Positions 36,640-50,848 are shown, counted from the first letter of the stretch. The stretch is 64,000 bases of DNA from Eledone cirrhosa (GCA_964016885.1 OZ024765.1:10416001-10480000); one strand, 5' to 3'. Program-made: numbers and translations. The notes: a model not told the origin generated them from the sequence alone.

Positions 36640-38056
36640 AAGGTGTGAAGGTGTGAATTTATATATATGCATGTATGTGTATATGTGTGTGTGTGGTTTA
36701 TATATACACATATATATGTAAACATCCATATATATATTTGTACAACCCCTCTTTGTTGAAGACCCCATAACTCCCCTTAATAGACTGATTGATGTCCAGA
36801 GAAGCCCAAGACCTCCACAGAAACTGCTCCCCGCTCACAAGACGACACCTCAAAAGCTTCCAAACCCATATCATTCACTGAGGAGGTTAAGTGACCCAAC
36901 CAGTTCCCCTAGTGGTTCAGGTTAGTACCCCTTGTTCCTCCTTCTCAGTGACCTTGTCCACTTCTCTCTCTCTCTCTCTCTCTCTCATTCTCTCTTATTC
37001 TCCAGTCTCTCCTTTCTCTCTCTTATGTTACTTAACAATTTTGTAACCAACCTCTACAGGCCTGAAAGGTTGGCGTGCCTATCATTAACCCTTTAGTGTT
37101 CAAACCGGCCAAAACCGGACAGAATTCTCTACCTCTTTCTGTTGAAACTGGCTGTAACCAGTCGCTCAAACTGATGTTAAAGTATTGTTTTCAAGATAAA
37201 TACTTTCAAAATCTCATAGATAGATTCGATATTATGAGATAATTATGTGAGATAAAGCCGTTAGCATGAAAAAAAACAATCGTATATATAGAATAATGTA
37301 AATGTTAAAGAGTTAAACCAGCCATATCCGGCCTGAATTCTCTCACCTCTTTCTGTTGAAACTGGCTGTAACTGGTCGCTCAACCTGATGTTAAGGTATT
37401 GTTTTCAAGATAAATACTTTCAAAATCTCATAGATTCGATATTATGTGAGGTAAAACCTTTACCATTAAAATATAATAGTATATATAAAATAATGTGAAT
37501 GCTAGAGGGTTAAAACATTCGAAAAGCCTCCTGTGAGATATAACCTTATAGAAGACCAACTAAATCTACAACATAACTGGGACCCTTATCTTTAAAACAC
37601 CGAAGAAACCTCCTATGAAATACCTCTAAAACTACATAGGTGTGAGCAGTAACTACAAAAACACTGGGACCCCTATCATTAAAACATCTAAGAAACCTGT
37701 GAGATACGACCTCGTAGAAGGCCAGCTAAATCCTACATGTAACAACAAAATACACTGGAGCCCCTACCATTAAAACCACCTAGAAACCTATCTGATGCAA
37801 CCTCATAGAAGACCAGCTAAACTTACATTAACCCTTAAATTTTAATCTGCCTCGAGTTGTATGATACAAAGCTGTTTATTTTAAAGTGTTAATATTTACC
37901 TAAAAACCTTCCATCATAATTCTATGTAAAACTTTTAAGTTGTACTCTAAACACCCTCTGAATATTAGAAAGTTAGTTATATTACTAAATTCTTCCAAAT
38001 TCTTGATTATTTTGAAAACAAGTTAATAATTATATGCAGTGACTTTCCTTACAAAT

Positions 38057-38399
38057 CATCATCATCATTTCATTTCATTTTACGTCCGCTTTTCCCTGCT
38101 TGCAAGGGTGGGACGGGAACTGATTTTGGCTTGATTTCTACAGCTGGATGCCCTTCCTAACACCAACCTCATTTACAGTGAGTGCTGGGTGCTTTTTTGT
38201 CGTGGCACCTCCACGACCACTTTGCAGTGGAATGATGTGGACCCCAGTCCTATCATCTCATTTCTACAGCTGAGTAAACTAGAGCAATGTGAAATAAAGT
38301 GTCTTGCTCAAGGAAACAACACATCACCCAGTCTGAGAATTGAACTCAAAACCTTTCAATTGCAAGGCCAATGCTCTAACCACTAAGCCATGTGCCTCC
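38057..38399 (-). mobile_element. SINE type A, full length
   Basis: Reverse complement of 34441-34795. Confidence 0.9.
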
Positions 38400-41300
38400 A
38401 TATATATGATCACAAAAAGATTATGACTGAAACGAAGTCGTCTGTGGTTGACTAAATAAAACAGCAGTAGAGCTTATCCTCTATGGTTCTGAGACTTAGG
38501 TGTTGCATTCCTGTCAACTGAGCTGTTTTTACATGGATGTTACACTGCTCTTCTGAGAAAGGCTCAAAATATTCCTTTGCAGACCCATCCCAAAAGTAAG
38601 TGCCCAACTGATTGAACATCGTACAAGGTTTGCTGGTCACTGCTTCTGTGCAAAAGATGAGATGGTCTTAGACCTTTTGTTGTGGGAGATCTCCTCTACC
38701 AGAAAGCTCAGCTACTAGGATACCATAGCAAGGGACATTGCAATTGACAAGGATGGCCTACAGGCCTTGATGGGAAACAGCAGAGACTATTGGCATGAAG
38801 TTGTGCTTGTTGCTTTGCCCAAGGGGGATAAATAAAATACAAAGAAGAACTATATACAGCAAAATATCTAATTACGGTGTTGCTTACTGGAGTTAGCTTT
38901 TTGATCAAATCCATTGACAAGTTCCCAGACCTCACTTGCTTGCCAAACTCATCAAATCGGACCAAGGAAACAATGTTTCCATTGGTCTTTCCATTGTTGA
39001 TGTTATCTACTGGTTGCAACTCCTGGTAGAAAGAGCAACTCTCAAATCGGACCAAGGAAACAATGTTTCCATTGGTCCTTCAATTGCTGATACTACCTAC
39101 CACTCGTAATATGAAATAAAGTGTCCTGCTCAAGGGCATAACGCATCACCCAGTTCAGGAATCGAATTCGCAACCTCACAATTGCTAATCCATTTCTCAA
39201 TCCACCTTCACTAAAGTTAGCTTTTAACATTCCTCAAATCTCTCTCTCTCTCTCATTCTCCCATTTTGCTTTGATTCTACTGACTCAGTTTTTTTTTAGG
39301 TTTATTAATCAAGGTTAGCAGTAAACAGGTCATTGCCCGTTTTAATGTTCATTCAACTGAAACTATCAACTGTGCCTGTTTCTATGGTACAAAACTGTTT
39401 ATTTTAAAATGTTTTTATCCACATAAAATGTTTTTATCGACATTTGTGAAGGCGTGTGGCTGAGTGGTTAGAGAATTGGATTCGCAATCATAAGGTTGTG
39501 AGTTCAATTCCTGGACCAGGCGATGCGTTATGTCCTTGAGCAAGACACTTTATTTCACGTTGCTCCTTCTACCTGGAGTTGCAACCGACAGATAGTATTA
39601 GCAATTGGAAAGACCAACGGAAACATTGTTCTCTCGGTCCGATTTGACGAAAGTCGATCGTTCCTTTTATCCACATAAAGACTTTTCATTGTAATTTTTT
39701 GGTAAGAACTTTTGTTAAGTAAGGTTTCAGACACCAGCTTAATAATGAGAAAGTTAGTTATATTACTATATGTATAGTCCTATGACTTCTGAGGCTGTCA
39801 TTGGGGCACTGTATTGATATACAGCGTTTCTTGGGCATTATTTAACCTGGTGGAGCCCATCCCACTCCAAGTCTGAATACAGCAGATCTCTTCCAGAGAA
39901 GAGTAGTGAATGAATGGAAGTAAGAAAGAGATATAGAGGAAGAATTGATCCCAGTATTAGACTGGTACTTTTTTTTATAGACCTCGTATGGATGAAAGGC
40001 AACATTGACCTCTGTGGGGTTTGAACTCAAGAGTTCATAGCGCCAGAATGACTACAATAAAGCAGTCTATCCGACGTTCTAATGACTCTGCCAATTCGCC
40101 GCCTTATAGTTACATCACTAAATCCCTCTAAATTCTTAATTTCAAAATTATTTAAAAGGCATAGACAGTGTTCATTAGAAATATGGTAATGAAATGGTTA
40201 AATTCACCATTATGGTCATCATCATTGTTTTTCCATGCTTACATAGGTTGGACAGATCCTTTTCAGCACACCATCTCTCCACTTGTCACGTTTCTTCCTC
40301 ATCTCCTCTGAGTCTCAGCGATTTGAGGTCAGCTCTCACAACCTCTGCCCAGATCTTTCTTTGTCTACCTCTACTGCGACTTCTTTCCATTAGGACTTCC
40401 TGGCACTTCTTCACCCAGCGATCATTGTCCATGTGCATCACATGTCCATACTGATGCAGTCTTCTCTCCTCTCTAAAAACCATCCATCAGAATTAATTAG
40501 TTGTATTATTAAATCCTTCCAAATTGTTGATTATTTTCAAAATGAATTGAAAATCATAGACTGTCTTTCATTAGAAATATGGTATCAACTCTTTTATTAG
40601 TGTGTGGTCACAAAAGTGTTAAGGTGTTCTCTGTAGGCCTCAGACCTTTTCAAAAGTTTATATGTAAGCTATGATATAATATACAAATGGGGAACAACAA
40701 ATGAAATTGAATTAATTCTTTCACTACAGTATTTCTAATAAAAGACACTGTCTATGATTTTCAAATGATTTTGAAATTAATCAAGAATTTTGAAGGATTT
40801 GTATAATTAACTTCCTCAGTATTAAGCTGGTGTTTGGAACAGAACTCAATAATGGTTCCTATATAAAATTACGAGAGAAAGTTTTTAGATGAATGCATAG
40901 CATGGTCCTGTAACTCCTGAGGAAGTCATAGGGGCGCCATACTGATCAATGGCGTTTTTAGGGCATTTTTTAAACCTTGTGGAACCCATCACCTCACCAG
41001 GTTTGAGCACGGCTGATTTCTTCCAGAGGAGGATAGAGAGAGTGAGAGAATGCAAGTGAGAAAGAGATATAGAGGAAGAATCAATCCCAGTACTACACTG
41101 GTACTTTTTTTTATCGACCTCGAAAGGATGAAAGACAAAGTTGACGTTGGCGGGATTTGAACTCAGAGAGCAAGGCATTCTATTTGACGTTCTAACGACT
41201 GCCAATTAGTCACCTTTTAGATAAATATTAACACTTAAAAAAAAACAATTTTGTATAACAGAACCAGCAGTCGTTTCGGGTGGTTTGGTATTTAAAGGGT

Positions 41301-41468
41301 GGAACGTTTTCTATCAATGATTTGAACTTATATCAAGGCAGCAAATTAGTAGTTATTAGAAGAAATTGGCTGTGATCAGACCTCCGAGAGGGGATAGCCT
41401 CTGACAGGTTTAAAATGCCCAATGACTGTACCCCTATGACTCCAAGTGTTATGGGCCCAAACAAACAA

Positions 41469-41823
41469 GGAGGCACATGGCTTAGTGGTTAGAGCATTGG
41501 CCTTGCAATTGAAAGGTTGTGAGTTCAATTCTCAGACCGGGTGATGTGTTGTTTCCTTGAGCAAGACACTTTATTTCACATTGCTCCAGTTTACTCAGCT
41601 GTAGAAATGAGATGATAGGGAGTGGGGTCCCTATCATTCCACTGCAAAGTGGTCGTGGAGGTGCCACGGCAAAAAGGCACCCAGCCCACGCTGTAAAGTG
41701 GACACTGTAAATGAGGTTGGTGTTAGGAAGGGCATCCAGCTGTAGAAATCAAGCCAGAATCAGTTCCCGTCCTACCCATCATGGCGTGGAAAATGGACGT
41801 TAAACGAAGATGATGATGATGAT
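41469..41823 (+). mobile_element. SINE type A, full length
   Basis: Same head, core and tail. It ends about 100 nt before exon 6. Confidence 0.9.
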
Positions 41824-41921
41824 TATATATATATAAACATCGTGAATGATACTACAAAATGTCAGCTTGCTTAAACTCTACTGATGGCTCTTTTTGTCTG
41901 TTTCTCATTTGTATTGTTTAG

Positions 41922-42007
41922 GTGGACAACGCCCTCAGACTTCCACCAGCCTGAAATCAACTACACAAGTGCCAGTCATTATTAGTTCACCAAATACATC
42001 ACAAAAG
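41922..42007 (+). CDS. ZMYM4: Coding exon 6 (SGQRPQTSTS...NTSQK)
   Basis: gtttag acceptor after a pyrimidine tract and AAG|gtaagt donor. Phase 1 to 0 bridges exons 5 and 7. Confidence 0.78.
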
Positions 42008-42037
42008 GTAAGTGTTGGGTATATATATCTATATATA

Positions 42038-42443
42038 TCTATATACATAAATGGCAATTTCTGTCTGTTTGTTTGTGAACCTAAAACTCAAACCCCTACT
42101 TAATTTTCCCCTTTGATTTATATGAAATTTAGACCATAGGTAAATGACAAGATATGATGCCTATTCACAAAATTTCAGCAAATTTCAATAATATTAAGAC
42201 ACCCTAATGGGGGGTTCTATTTTTTTCCTTATAGCAACACTCAACTTCTCTGACAAACATTATTTCGCCTGACCAATGCAATCAACAATATTCGTTTGTA
42301 TTATTGTTTCGTAAATGAATTTGTCTTCGCTTTTCATTATCTGTCCTATATTTTGATTTCATTTTCGGTCTGAGAGGCATTGGGCATTTTAATGGGAACT
42401 GGGAATACCCCTTCTCCCAGGTATTACCAGGTACCTCAGCTAG
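42038..42443 (+). mobile_element. Possible non-autonomous Helitron-like element
   Basis: 5' TC (a|tctatatacataaa) followed by ctgtctgtttgtttg, 3' CTAG|t, no TSD. The subterminal hairpin is degenerate. Confidence 0.45.
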
Positions 42444-42574
42444 TATATATATATATAATATTTAATATAGAAATGGCTTCAACAGGACTGTTTTATTTGA
42501 AGGAAATCATCAGGAAATGTATTGAGTACCTTAACTTATTGTGGTTACCCATGATCGAACCCAGAATATATTTA

Positions 42575-42905
42575 TATATTTATTATAAGCACAGATTAAA
42601 GTTTAAGCAAAGAATCGCTGCTTTCACCATTTTACAGGATCTTCTGAAACTGAGAAAAGTCAATATGTAGAGTCAGAAGTAAATATTTCAAAAAACGTTA
42701 TAACCGAGAGAAGATATATTTTTTTGTCCATCGCCGGAGAATATCATGAACCAAATGTAACATCTTCCAGTTTTCCTTTGGTTGTAACGTTTTTTTAAAT
42801 ATTTACTTCTGCATCAGATTGATTTTTCTCAGTTTCAGAAGATCCCGTAAAAGGGTGAAAGCAGTGATTCTTTGCTTGAACTTTAATCTGTACTAATAAT
42901 GAATA
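42575..42905. mobile_element. Fold-back / long-TIR MITE
   Basis: About 130-bp arms (cagattaaagtttaagcaaagaatc...gatcttctgaaactgagaaaa...) inverted at about 42775-42900. Confidence 0.8.
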
Positions 42906-42934
42906 TTTGCTCTATGGGTTTTAACTATATATTT

Positions 42935-42977
<43 letters not shown>

Positions 42978-43037
42978 CCTTATCGAGCCCTCTTAGAATT
43001 TTGGTCTTCATAAAAAATTATCCATTTTTAAGGGTCC

Positions 43038-43071
<34 letters not shown>

Positions 43072-43437
43072 GATATATCATTATGATTTTACGTCCACTT
43101 TTCCCTGCTTGCAAGGGTGGGGCGGGTCCTCTTCAGCACAGCATCTCTCCATTCATCACGGTCCCTCGTCATCTCTTCTGTGAGCTTCAGCTATCTGAGG
43201 TCAGCTCTCACCACCTCTGCCCATGTTTTTCGTGGTCTTCCTTGTGTGTGTGTGTGTGTATATACACACACACAAGGTGTCCCAAAAAATGTATACACAC
43301 TTTGATTACTTGTACAGGCAATATTTATTGGAATGCTGTTGAAGTGTCTGTACCTTGTATATAATATTATTAATATTTATGTGTGTTTATATATATATGT
43401 ATATGTGTGTGTGTATATCCATTTGTTTCTGTTGTAG

Positions 43438-43699
43438 ACGTCTTTGAGTGTTGTTTCTTCTGGTGGTGGCAGCAGTAATAACAGCAGCAGCAGCAGTAGC
43501 AGTGGTGGGGGTAGCGCTTCTGCTGGAACCAGCACTGGAGATATTGGCAGTCTCACCGCTGCCAACGGTAACCAACAAATTATCATCCAACCTACGCCTC
43601 CAAAGCAAGTGAAGAACAAGTCCTTACTCTGTAAGCCGTTTGTACAAACCAAAGCCACGTCCTGCCGTCCTCATACTCAGTGCAAGGAAGTACAGACAG
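43438..43699 (+). CDS. ZMYM4: Coding exon 7 (S/G-rich then PPKQVKNKSLLCKPFVQTKATSCRP...KEVQT)
   Basis: ttgtag acceptor, G|gtaatt donor. KNKxxLCKP...TKATSC is a conserved ZMYM motif. Confidence 0.92.
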
Positions 43700-43707
43700 G
43701 TAATTAT

Positions 43708-44240
43708 TTAACCCTTTTGGTAACAACTTGATGAAAATCTGGCCCCGATTCTATGTGAAATAAAACCACCCATTTTAACCTTTTAGTTACCAACCTGGCC
43801 CAAACCAGCCATTTTAACCCCTTAGTAATCAACCTGGCCCAAACTAGCTCTGGTTCTGTGAAACAAAACCATCCATTTTAATTACCCTTTACTAACCAAC
43901 CTGGACAAAACTAGCTCTGATACTGTGAAACAAAACCAGCCATTTTAATTACCCTTTACTAACCAACCTGGCCAAAACTAGCTCTGATACTGTGAAACAA
44001 AACCAGCCATTTTAATTACCCTTTAGTAACCAACCTGGCCAAAACCAGCTCTGATACTGTGAAACAAAACCAGCCATTTTAATTACCCTTTAATAACCAA
44101 CCTGGCCAAAACTAGCTCTGATACTGTGAAACAAAACCAGCCATTTTAATTACCCTTTAAATAACCAACCTGGCCAAAACTAGCTCTGATACTGTGAAAC
44201 AAAACCAGCCATTTTAATTACCCTTTAAATAACCAACCCA
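43708..44240 (+). repeat. About 67-bp tandem repeat of a TTAA-CCCTTT MITE (family B) terminus
   Basis: Unit taattaccctttactaaccaacctggccaaaactagctctgatactgtgaaacaaaaccagccattt. The reverse complement occurs singly at about 16560-16612, 16921-16975 and 17240-17297. Confidence 0.85.
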
Positions 44241-44744
44241 GCTTCACCTCACATATCGAATCTACGAGATTTTGATGTTATTTATTTTGAGAACAATACC
44301 TTAACATCAGTATGAGTTGAACAAGAAGAAGTGAGAGAATTCTGGCTGGATATGGCTGGTTTAAATGCTAAAGGGTTGAATTAAAATCTTCTAACAGTTT
44401 TAAAGGGTTCCAATTTATCCCATTTGATAGTAACCCTCAAAAAGGTTATAAATTTCAATGATAATACAATTAACTTTATAACTTTTCTGAGATATTGTTG
44501 CATCTCTGAGACAGGCGGCAAAAAATATTGTACAATTATTATAATACTAACTAGCTGGCCCCGTGTTGTCAAAAATGACAGCTAATTGTAATATCTATAC
44601 ATAATATAAAAAAAAGAGATGTTTGTTTGTTTGTTGTTAGTTAGTTCCTTCTTACTCACACAAGTGATACAAACATACAAACACACAGCTGTGACGAATC
44701 TTAGAACCCTAGACTTCTATAGTTTCTCTCTCCTTCCTTCCGCA

Positions 44745-45100
44745 GTTGACGTAATCACTCCTTCCTTCTTTAGTCGACGTTATCGCCCCTTCCTTCCACA
44801 GTCGACGTTATCGCCCCTTCTTTCCTCAGTCAACATTATCACCCCTTCCTTGCTCAATCGACGTTATCACCCTTTCCTTGCTCAATCGACGTTATCACCC
44901 TTTCCTTGCTCAATCGACGTTATCACCCTTTCCTTGCTCAATCGACGTTATCACCCTTTCCTTGCTCAATCGACGTTATCACCCTTTCCTTCCTCAATCG
45001 ACGTTATCACCCTTTCCTTGCTCAGTCGACGTTATCACCCTTTCCTTCCTCAATCGACGTTATCACCCTTTCCTTCCTCAGTCAACGTTAACACCCCCCT
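44745..45100 (+). repeat. 28-bp minisatellite
   Basis: Unit atcgacgttatcaccctttccttgctca. Confidence 0.9.
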
Positions 45101-45702
45101 TCCTTCCTGCGATCGCGAATACAAGTTCCTGGAATGGGACTCCTTGGAGATCAGAGAATCACTTCAAGTAGAACCACTACTTCTCCGAATTGAGGGATCA
45201 CAGCTCCGATACTATGGGCATGTGGTTAGAATCGCTGGACAGGTTTTATGGACAAAACCAACTGGTAGGAGATCCAGGGGTAGACCCCAGCAAGATTGTT
45301 GGCTAGTCTCGGTTAGGGAATCAACCGGATCAGTTGGAGACAGTTGCTTCTGATAGGACCCACTGGAAGGAGTGTTTGAGGTCTCTGCTCCCCATGACTC
45401 TCTCAGGAGTAAGTGGGCAAAGAAGAAGGAGAAGTAGAAGTAATGCTCTGGGGTCGATTTAATTGACTCCCCCCTCCTCCCTTCCCTTCAAATTGCCAGC
45501 CTTGGGCAAAAAGTGGATACAATTATGTTTAATAGATTTTCCTTTGTAATCATTGTATTATTGTGTTGTTGTGTCCTTAATGTAATCATTGTATCATTGT
45601 ATTATTGTGTCCCTAATGTCTACTTTATGTAAACCCTTGTGGTTAATAAAGAAATCATTATTGTGTTGTCTCTTCACGCCTGACTGTTTTAATTTTTTCC
45701 AG

Positions 45703-45884
45703 AGGGAGAGCCTGAGGCCAAGACCCACATCCTTCCTGTACCAGTACCCATCTATGTACCCATACCTCTACCCATGTACAATACTATCTCACCCTTCATG
45801 TTCCCTGTACCCTTACCTATACCTGTCCCATGTTTCATACCAACAACCAAAAAATCCTCAGCCAGTATCTTCAAACATATTAAA
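45703..45884 (+). CDS. ZMYM4: Coding exon 8: PxP-rich segment (ILPVPVPIYVPIPLPMY...PIPVPCFIPTT)
   Basis: ttccag acceptor, AAA|gtaagt donor, phase 1 to 0. This frame is absent from the ORF track but is a hallmark ZMYM motif. Confidence 0.93.
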
Positions 45885-46046
45885 GTAAGTCGCTACATTT
45901 TGAGACCCTTTTTTTAGTTTATTTATGTATGTGTATGTATGTGTGTGTGTGGGGTGGGGTGTGGGGGTGGGGTGTGTGTGTGTGTGTATAGAGTGGTTAT
46001 AGAATTGGATTCACTGGTACCACAGAACATCCAGTCCAAACTAAGA

Positions 46047-49000
46047 GGTTGTGTAGGTGTCACGACAAAAAAAAAGGCTCCCAGTTCACACTGTAAAGTG
46101 GTTGTGGAGGAGACATGGTAAAAAGGCTCCCAGTCTACACTGTAAAGTGGTCGTGTAGGAGACACGGTAAAAAGGCTCTCAGTCCACACTGTAAAGTGGT
46201 CGTGTAGGAGACATGGTAAAAAGGCTCCCAGACCACGCTGTAAAGTGGTCGTGTAGGAGACACAGTAAAAAGGCTCCCAGTCTACACTGTAAAGTGGTCG
46301 TGGAGGAGACATGGTAAAAAGGCTCTCAGTCCACACTGTAAGGTGGTCGTGTAGGAGACACGGGAAAAAGGCTCCCAGACTACGCTGTAAAGTGGTCGTG
46401 TAGGAGACATGGTAAAAAGGCTCTCAGTCTACACTGTAAGGTGGTCGTGTAGGAGACACGGTAAAAAGGCTCCCAGACCACGCTGTAAAGTGGTCGTGTA
46501 GGAGACACGGTATAAAGGCTCCCAGTCCACACTGTAAAGTGGTCGTGTAGGAGACAAGGTAAAAAAGCTCCCAGTCCACACTGTAAAGTGGTCGTGTAGG
46601 AGACATGGTATAAAGGCTCCCAGTCTACACTGTAAAGTGGTCGTGTAGGAGACATGGTAAAAAGGCTCCCAGTCTACACTGTAAAGTGCTCATGTAGGAG
46701 ACACAGTAAAAAGGCTCCCAGTCCACACTGTAAAGTGGTTGTGTAGGAGACATGGTATAAAGGCTCCCAGTCTACACTGTAAAGTGGTCGTGTAGGAGAC
46801 AAGGTAAAAAGGCTCCCAGTCCACACTGTAAAGTGCTCATGTAGGAGACACAGTAAAAAGGCTCCCAGTCCACACTGTAAAGTGGTCGTGTAGGAGACAT
46901 GGTAAAAAGGCTCCCAGTCCACACTGTAAAGTGCTCATGTAGGAGACACAGTAAAAAGGCTCCCAGTCTACACTGTAAAGTGGTCGTGTAGGAGACATGG
47001 TATAAAGGCTCCCAGTCTACACTGTAAAGTGGTCGTGTAGGAGACACGGTAAAAAGGCTCCCAGTCTACACGGTAAAGTGGTCGTGTAGGAGACATGGTA
47101 TAAAGGCTCCCAGTCTACACTGTAAAGTGCTCGTGTAGGAGACACGGTAAAAAGGCTCCCAGACCACGCTGTAAAATGGTCGTGTAGGAGACATGGTAAA
47201 AAGGCTCCCAGTCTGTGGTCGTGTAGGAGACACGGTAAAAAGGCTCCCAGTCCACACTGTAAGGTGGTCGTGTAGGAGACATGGTAAAAAGGCTCCCAGT
47301 CTACACTGTAAAGTGCTCGTGTAGGAGACACAGTAAAAAGGCTCCCAGTCTACACTGTAAAATGGTCGTGTAGGACACACGGGAAAAAGGCTCCCAGACC
47401 ACGCTGTAAAGTGGTTGTGTAGGAGACATGGTAAAAAGGCTCCCAGTCTACACTGTAAGGTGGTCGTGTAGGAGACACGGTAAAAAGGCTCCCAGACCAC
47501 GCTGTAAAGTGGTCGTGTAGGAGATATGGTAAAAAGGCTCCCAGTCTACGCTGTAAAGTGGTCATGTAGGAGATATGGTAAAAAGGCTCCCAGTCTACGC
47601 TGTAAAGTGGTCGTGTAGGAGACAAGGTAAAAAGGCTCCCAGTCCACACTGTAAAGTGCTCATGTAGGAGACACAGTAAAAAGGCTCCCAGTCTACACTG
47701 TAAAGTGGTCGTGTAGGAGACATGGTATAAAGGCTCCCAGTCTACACTGTAAAGTGGTCGTGTAGGAGACACGGTAAAAAGGCTCCCAGTCTACACTGTA
47801 AAGTGCTCGTGTAGGAGACATGGTGAAAAGGCTCCCAGTCTACACTCTAAGGTGGTCGTGTAGGAGACACGGTAAAAAGGCTCCCAGTCCACACTGTAAG
47901 GTGGTCGTGTAGGAGACATGGTAAAAAGGCTCCCAGTCTACACTGTAAAGTGCTCGTGTAGGAGACACAGTAAAAAGGCTCCCAGTCTACACTGTAAAAT
48001 GGTCGTGTAGGAGACACTGGAAAAAGGCTCCCAGACCACGCTGTAAAGTGGTCGTGTAGGAGACATGGTAAAAAGGCTCCCAGTCTACACTGTAAGGTGG
48101 TCGTGTAGAAGACACAGTAAAAAGGCTCCCAGTCTACACTGTAAAGTGGTCGTGTAGGAGACACAGTAAAAAGGCTCCCAGTCTACACTGTAAAGTGGTC
48201 GTGTAGGAGACACAGTAAAAAGGCTCCCAGTCTACACTGTAAAGTGGTCGTGTAGGAGACACGGGGAAAAAGGCTCCCAGACCACGCTGTAAAGTGGTTG
48301 TGTAGGAGACACAGTAAAAAGGCTCCCAGTCTACACTGTAAAGTGGTCGTGTAGGAGACACGGGAAAAAGGCTCCCAGACTACGCTGTAAAGTGGTTGTG
48401 TAGGAGACACAGTAAAAAGGCTCCCAGTCTACACTGTAAAGTGGTCGTGTAGGAGACACGGGGGGAAAAAGGCTCCCAGACCACGCTGTAAAGTGGTCGT
48501 GTAGGAGATATGGTAAAAAGGCTCCCAGTCCACACTGTAAAGTGGTCATGTAGGAGATATGGTAAAAAGGCTCCCAGTCTACGCTGTAAAGTGGTTGTGT
48601 AGGAGACATGGTATAAAGGCTCCCAGTCCACACTGTAAAGTGGTCATGTAGGAGATATGGTAAAAAGGCTCCCAGTCTACTCTGTAAAGTGGTTGTGTAG
48701 GAGACATGGTATAAAGGCTCCCAGTCTACACTGTAAAGTGGTTGTGTAGGAGACATGGTAAAAAGGCTCCCAGTCCACACTGTAAAGTGGTCGTGTAGGA
48801 GATATGGTAAAAAGGCTCCCAGTCTACGCTGTAAAGTGGTTGTGTAGGAGACATGGTATAAAGGCTCCCAGTCTACACTGTAAAGTGGTTGTGTAGGAGA
48901 CATGGTAAAAAGGCTCCCAGTTCACACTGTAAAGTGGTCGTGTAGGAGATATGGTAAAAAGGCTCCCAGTCTACGCTGTAAAGTGGTCATGTCGGAGATA

Positions 49001-49286
49001 TGGTAAAAAGGCTCCCAGTCTACGCTGTAAAGTGGTTGTGTAGGAGACATGGTATAAAGGCTCCCAGTCTACACTGTAAAGTGGTTGTGTAGGAGACATG
49101 GTAAAAAGGCTCCCAGTCCACACTGTAAATGTGGTTGATGTTAGGAAAAGCATCCCGCCAGATACAGTCCTATACGAGCGAGACACGGTCACCCGATCAA
49201 TCTTGCCTCAAGTGGGACAATTCCCATCTAACCCATGCTAGTGTGGATATGTGTTAAGTAATAGATGTTAAATGATGATGATGATG
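46047..49286 (+). repeat. 49-bp minisatellite (about 60 units) embedded in an RTE LINE 3' UTR
   Basis: Unit gtaggagacatggtaaaaaggctcccagtctacactgtaaagtggtcgt. It begins gtgtaggtgtcacgacaaaaa and ends actgtaaatgtggttgatgttagg...cccatgctagtgtgga...gatgatgat, as in 31940-32170. Confidence 0.96.
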
Positions 49287-49523
49287 AACGGTGAAGTTGT
49301 GATTTCCATTCCCGGACCAGGCGATGCGTTATGTCCTTGATCAAGACACTTTATTTCACGTTGCTCCTTCTGCCTAGACTTGTGACCAACAGATAGTATT
49401 AGCAATTGGAAAGACTGTCGGAAACATTGTTTCCTTGGTCCAATTTGATGAGCTCCACCTCACTCGTTAAGCAGATGAGGTCTGGGAACTTGTCGATCGA
49501 CTGTCGATATGTATAGTTTAAAC

Positions 49524-49895
49524 CAGGGGTGTGCAACATATTCCATTGGCAGGCCACTTTTGAACATTGAAACAACTATTAGGGCCATTAATATTTATTA
49601 AGCACTATTCCAAAGATTCACCACAATTTCTCTCCATAACATGGAACTGGGAAATTATAATACAAATAACCCCATCAGTGAAGCCCTTTAATAGAGGTCA
49701 ACTGGGAAATTATCACACATAACCCTATCAGTGAAGCCCTTTAGTAGAGGTCAACTAATAGAAAATTGTATTACAGTTACGAAAACAATTCAAAATAAGC
49801 CTACAAGGTAAAAGTTAAAAATGGTCATCGAGGGCCACTCTGACTGGTCTGGCGGGCCGGATTGTGGCCCGTGGGCCGCCTGTTGTATGCCCCTA
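49524..49895. mobile_element. hAT (Charlie-like) MITE
   Basis: CAGGGGTGTGCAACA ... TGTTGTATGCCCCTA with a perfect 8-bp TSD gtttaaac. Confidence 0.88.
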
Positions 49896-50679
49896 GTTTA
49901 AACCTTTCTGTAGCTATCATCGTTGTGATATATGTATAGCTAGTACCTTAAATTGTTCCTGAAGGCCGTTTGTCACCCAAAATGTTTGTAAACCAAAACT
50001 ATTTTCTGCGTACGAAATGTTGAGGGAGAAATACAGTGTATGAAAGACAGAAAGATATCATCATAGTAACTAACTACACAGCAAGTGACGCTTCCTGCTG
50101 ATACTCTCAGCTTGTTGCTGACCTGCGTGTTCATTACTCAAGACACCTTTTGTCAACTGAGACGTTTTATGTTCTGAAAAAGTTTTTCTAAGATATTATT
50201 TTCAGCAGATTAATGTGATTTCACAAGTGTTAAAACATTCTAAAATACAATGGAACCCCGTTACATGAACTTAATTCGTTCCTGAAGGCTGTTCATCACC
50301 CGAAACTATTTTTTTTTTTGCCATACAAAATGTTGAGGGAGAAATACAGTGTGAAAGGCAGATAGATATCATCATAGTAACTAACTACACAGTAAATAAT
50401 GCTTTCCTGCTGATACTCCCAGCTTGTCGTTGGCTTACATGTTCGTTACTCAAGACACCTTTCGTTAGCCAAGACAATTTATAGAAAATTATTCGTGACA
50501 AGAGGTATTTATGAACTGATTTGTTCATGACGAGAGGTGTTTGTGAACTGAAGTTCCACAGTATATCTTAAAGCCCTTTAGTTTGTCTTATTTTCTTTAA
50601 AAACAATTATGTATATTTATTTATTTAATTATTTATTTATTCATTTTTTAAAATATTTATTTATTTATTCATTTGTTAG

Positions 50680-50848
50680 GAGATTCAGGAGAAAATCCCG
50701 GCAGACCCCTTTGAAGCAGAACTGTTGATGATGGCTGAGGCTGTAGCTCATTCTGAGCAGTCAACCAGTGATGAAGAGGAGGGCTTAGATACCACACCTA
50801 CTACTACTACTGCTGCTGCTGCCGCTGCTGCTATTGATGGCAATGATA
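50680..50848 (+). CDS. ZMYM4: Coding exon 9 (EIQEKIPADPFEAELLMMAEAVA...)
   Basis: tgttag acceptor, A|gtgagt donor, conserved ZMYM/woc motif, phase 0 to 1. Confidence 0.93.

Noticed and set aside
35122-36768. Several 300-500-aa Y/I-rich ORFs
   Set aside because: They are (TA)n microsatellite translations.
28096-41921. Additional exons in the 13.8-kb intron 5
   Set aside because: Exons 5 and 6 already join in phase and I saw no ZMYM-like coding segment. Small symmetric exons cannot be excluded without RNA data.
4301-49130. Regular 48-49-bp arrays as possible CRISPR arrays
   Set aside because: These are head-to-tail repeats with no unique spacers and no cas genes, in a spliceosomal-intron context.
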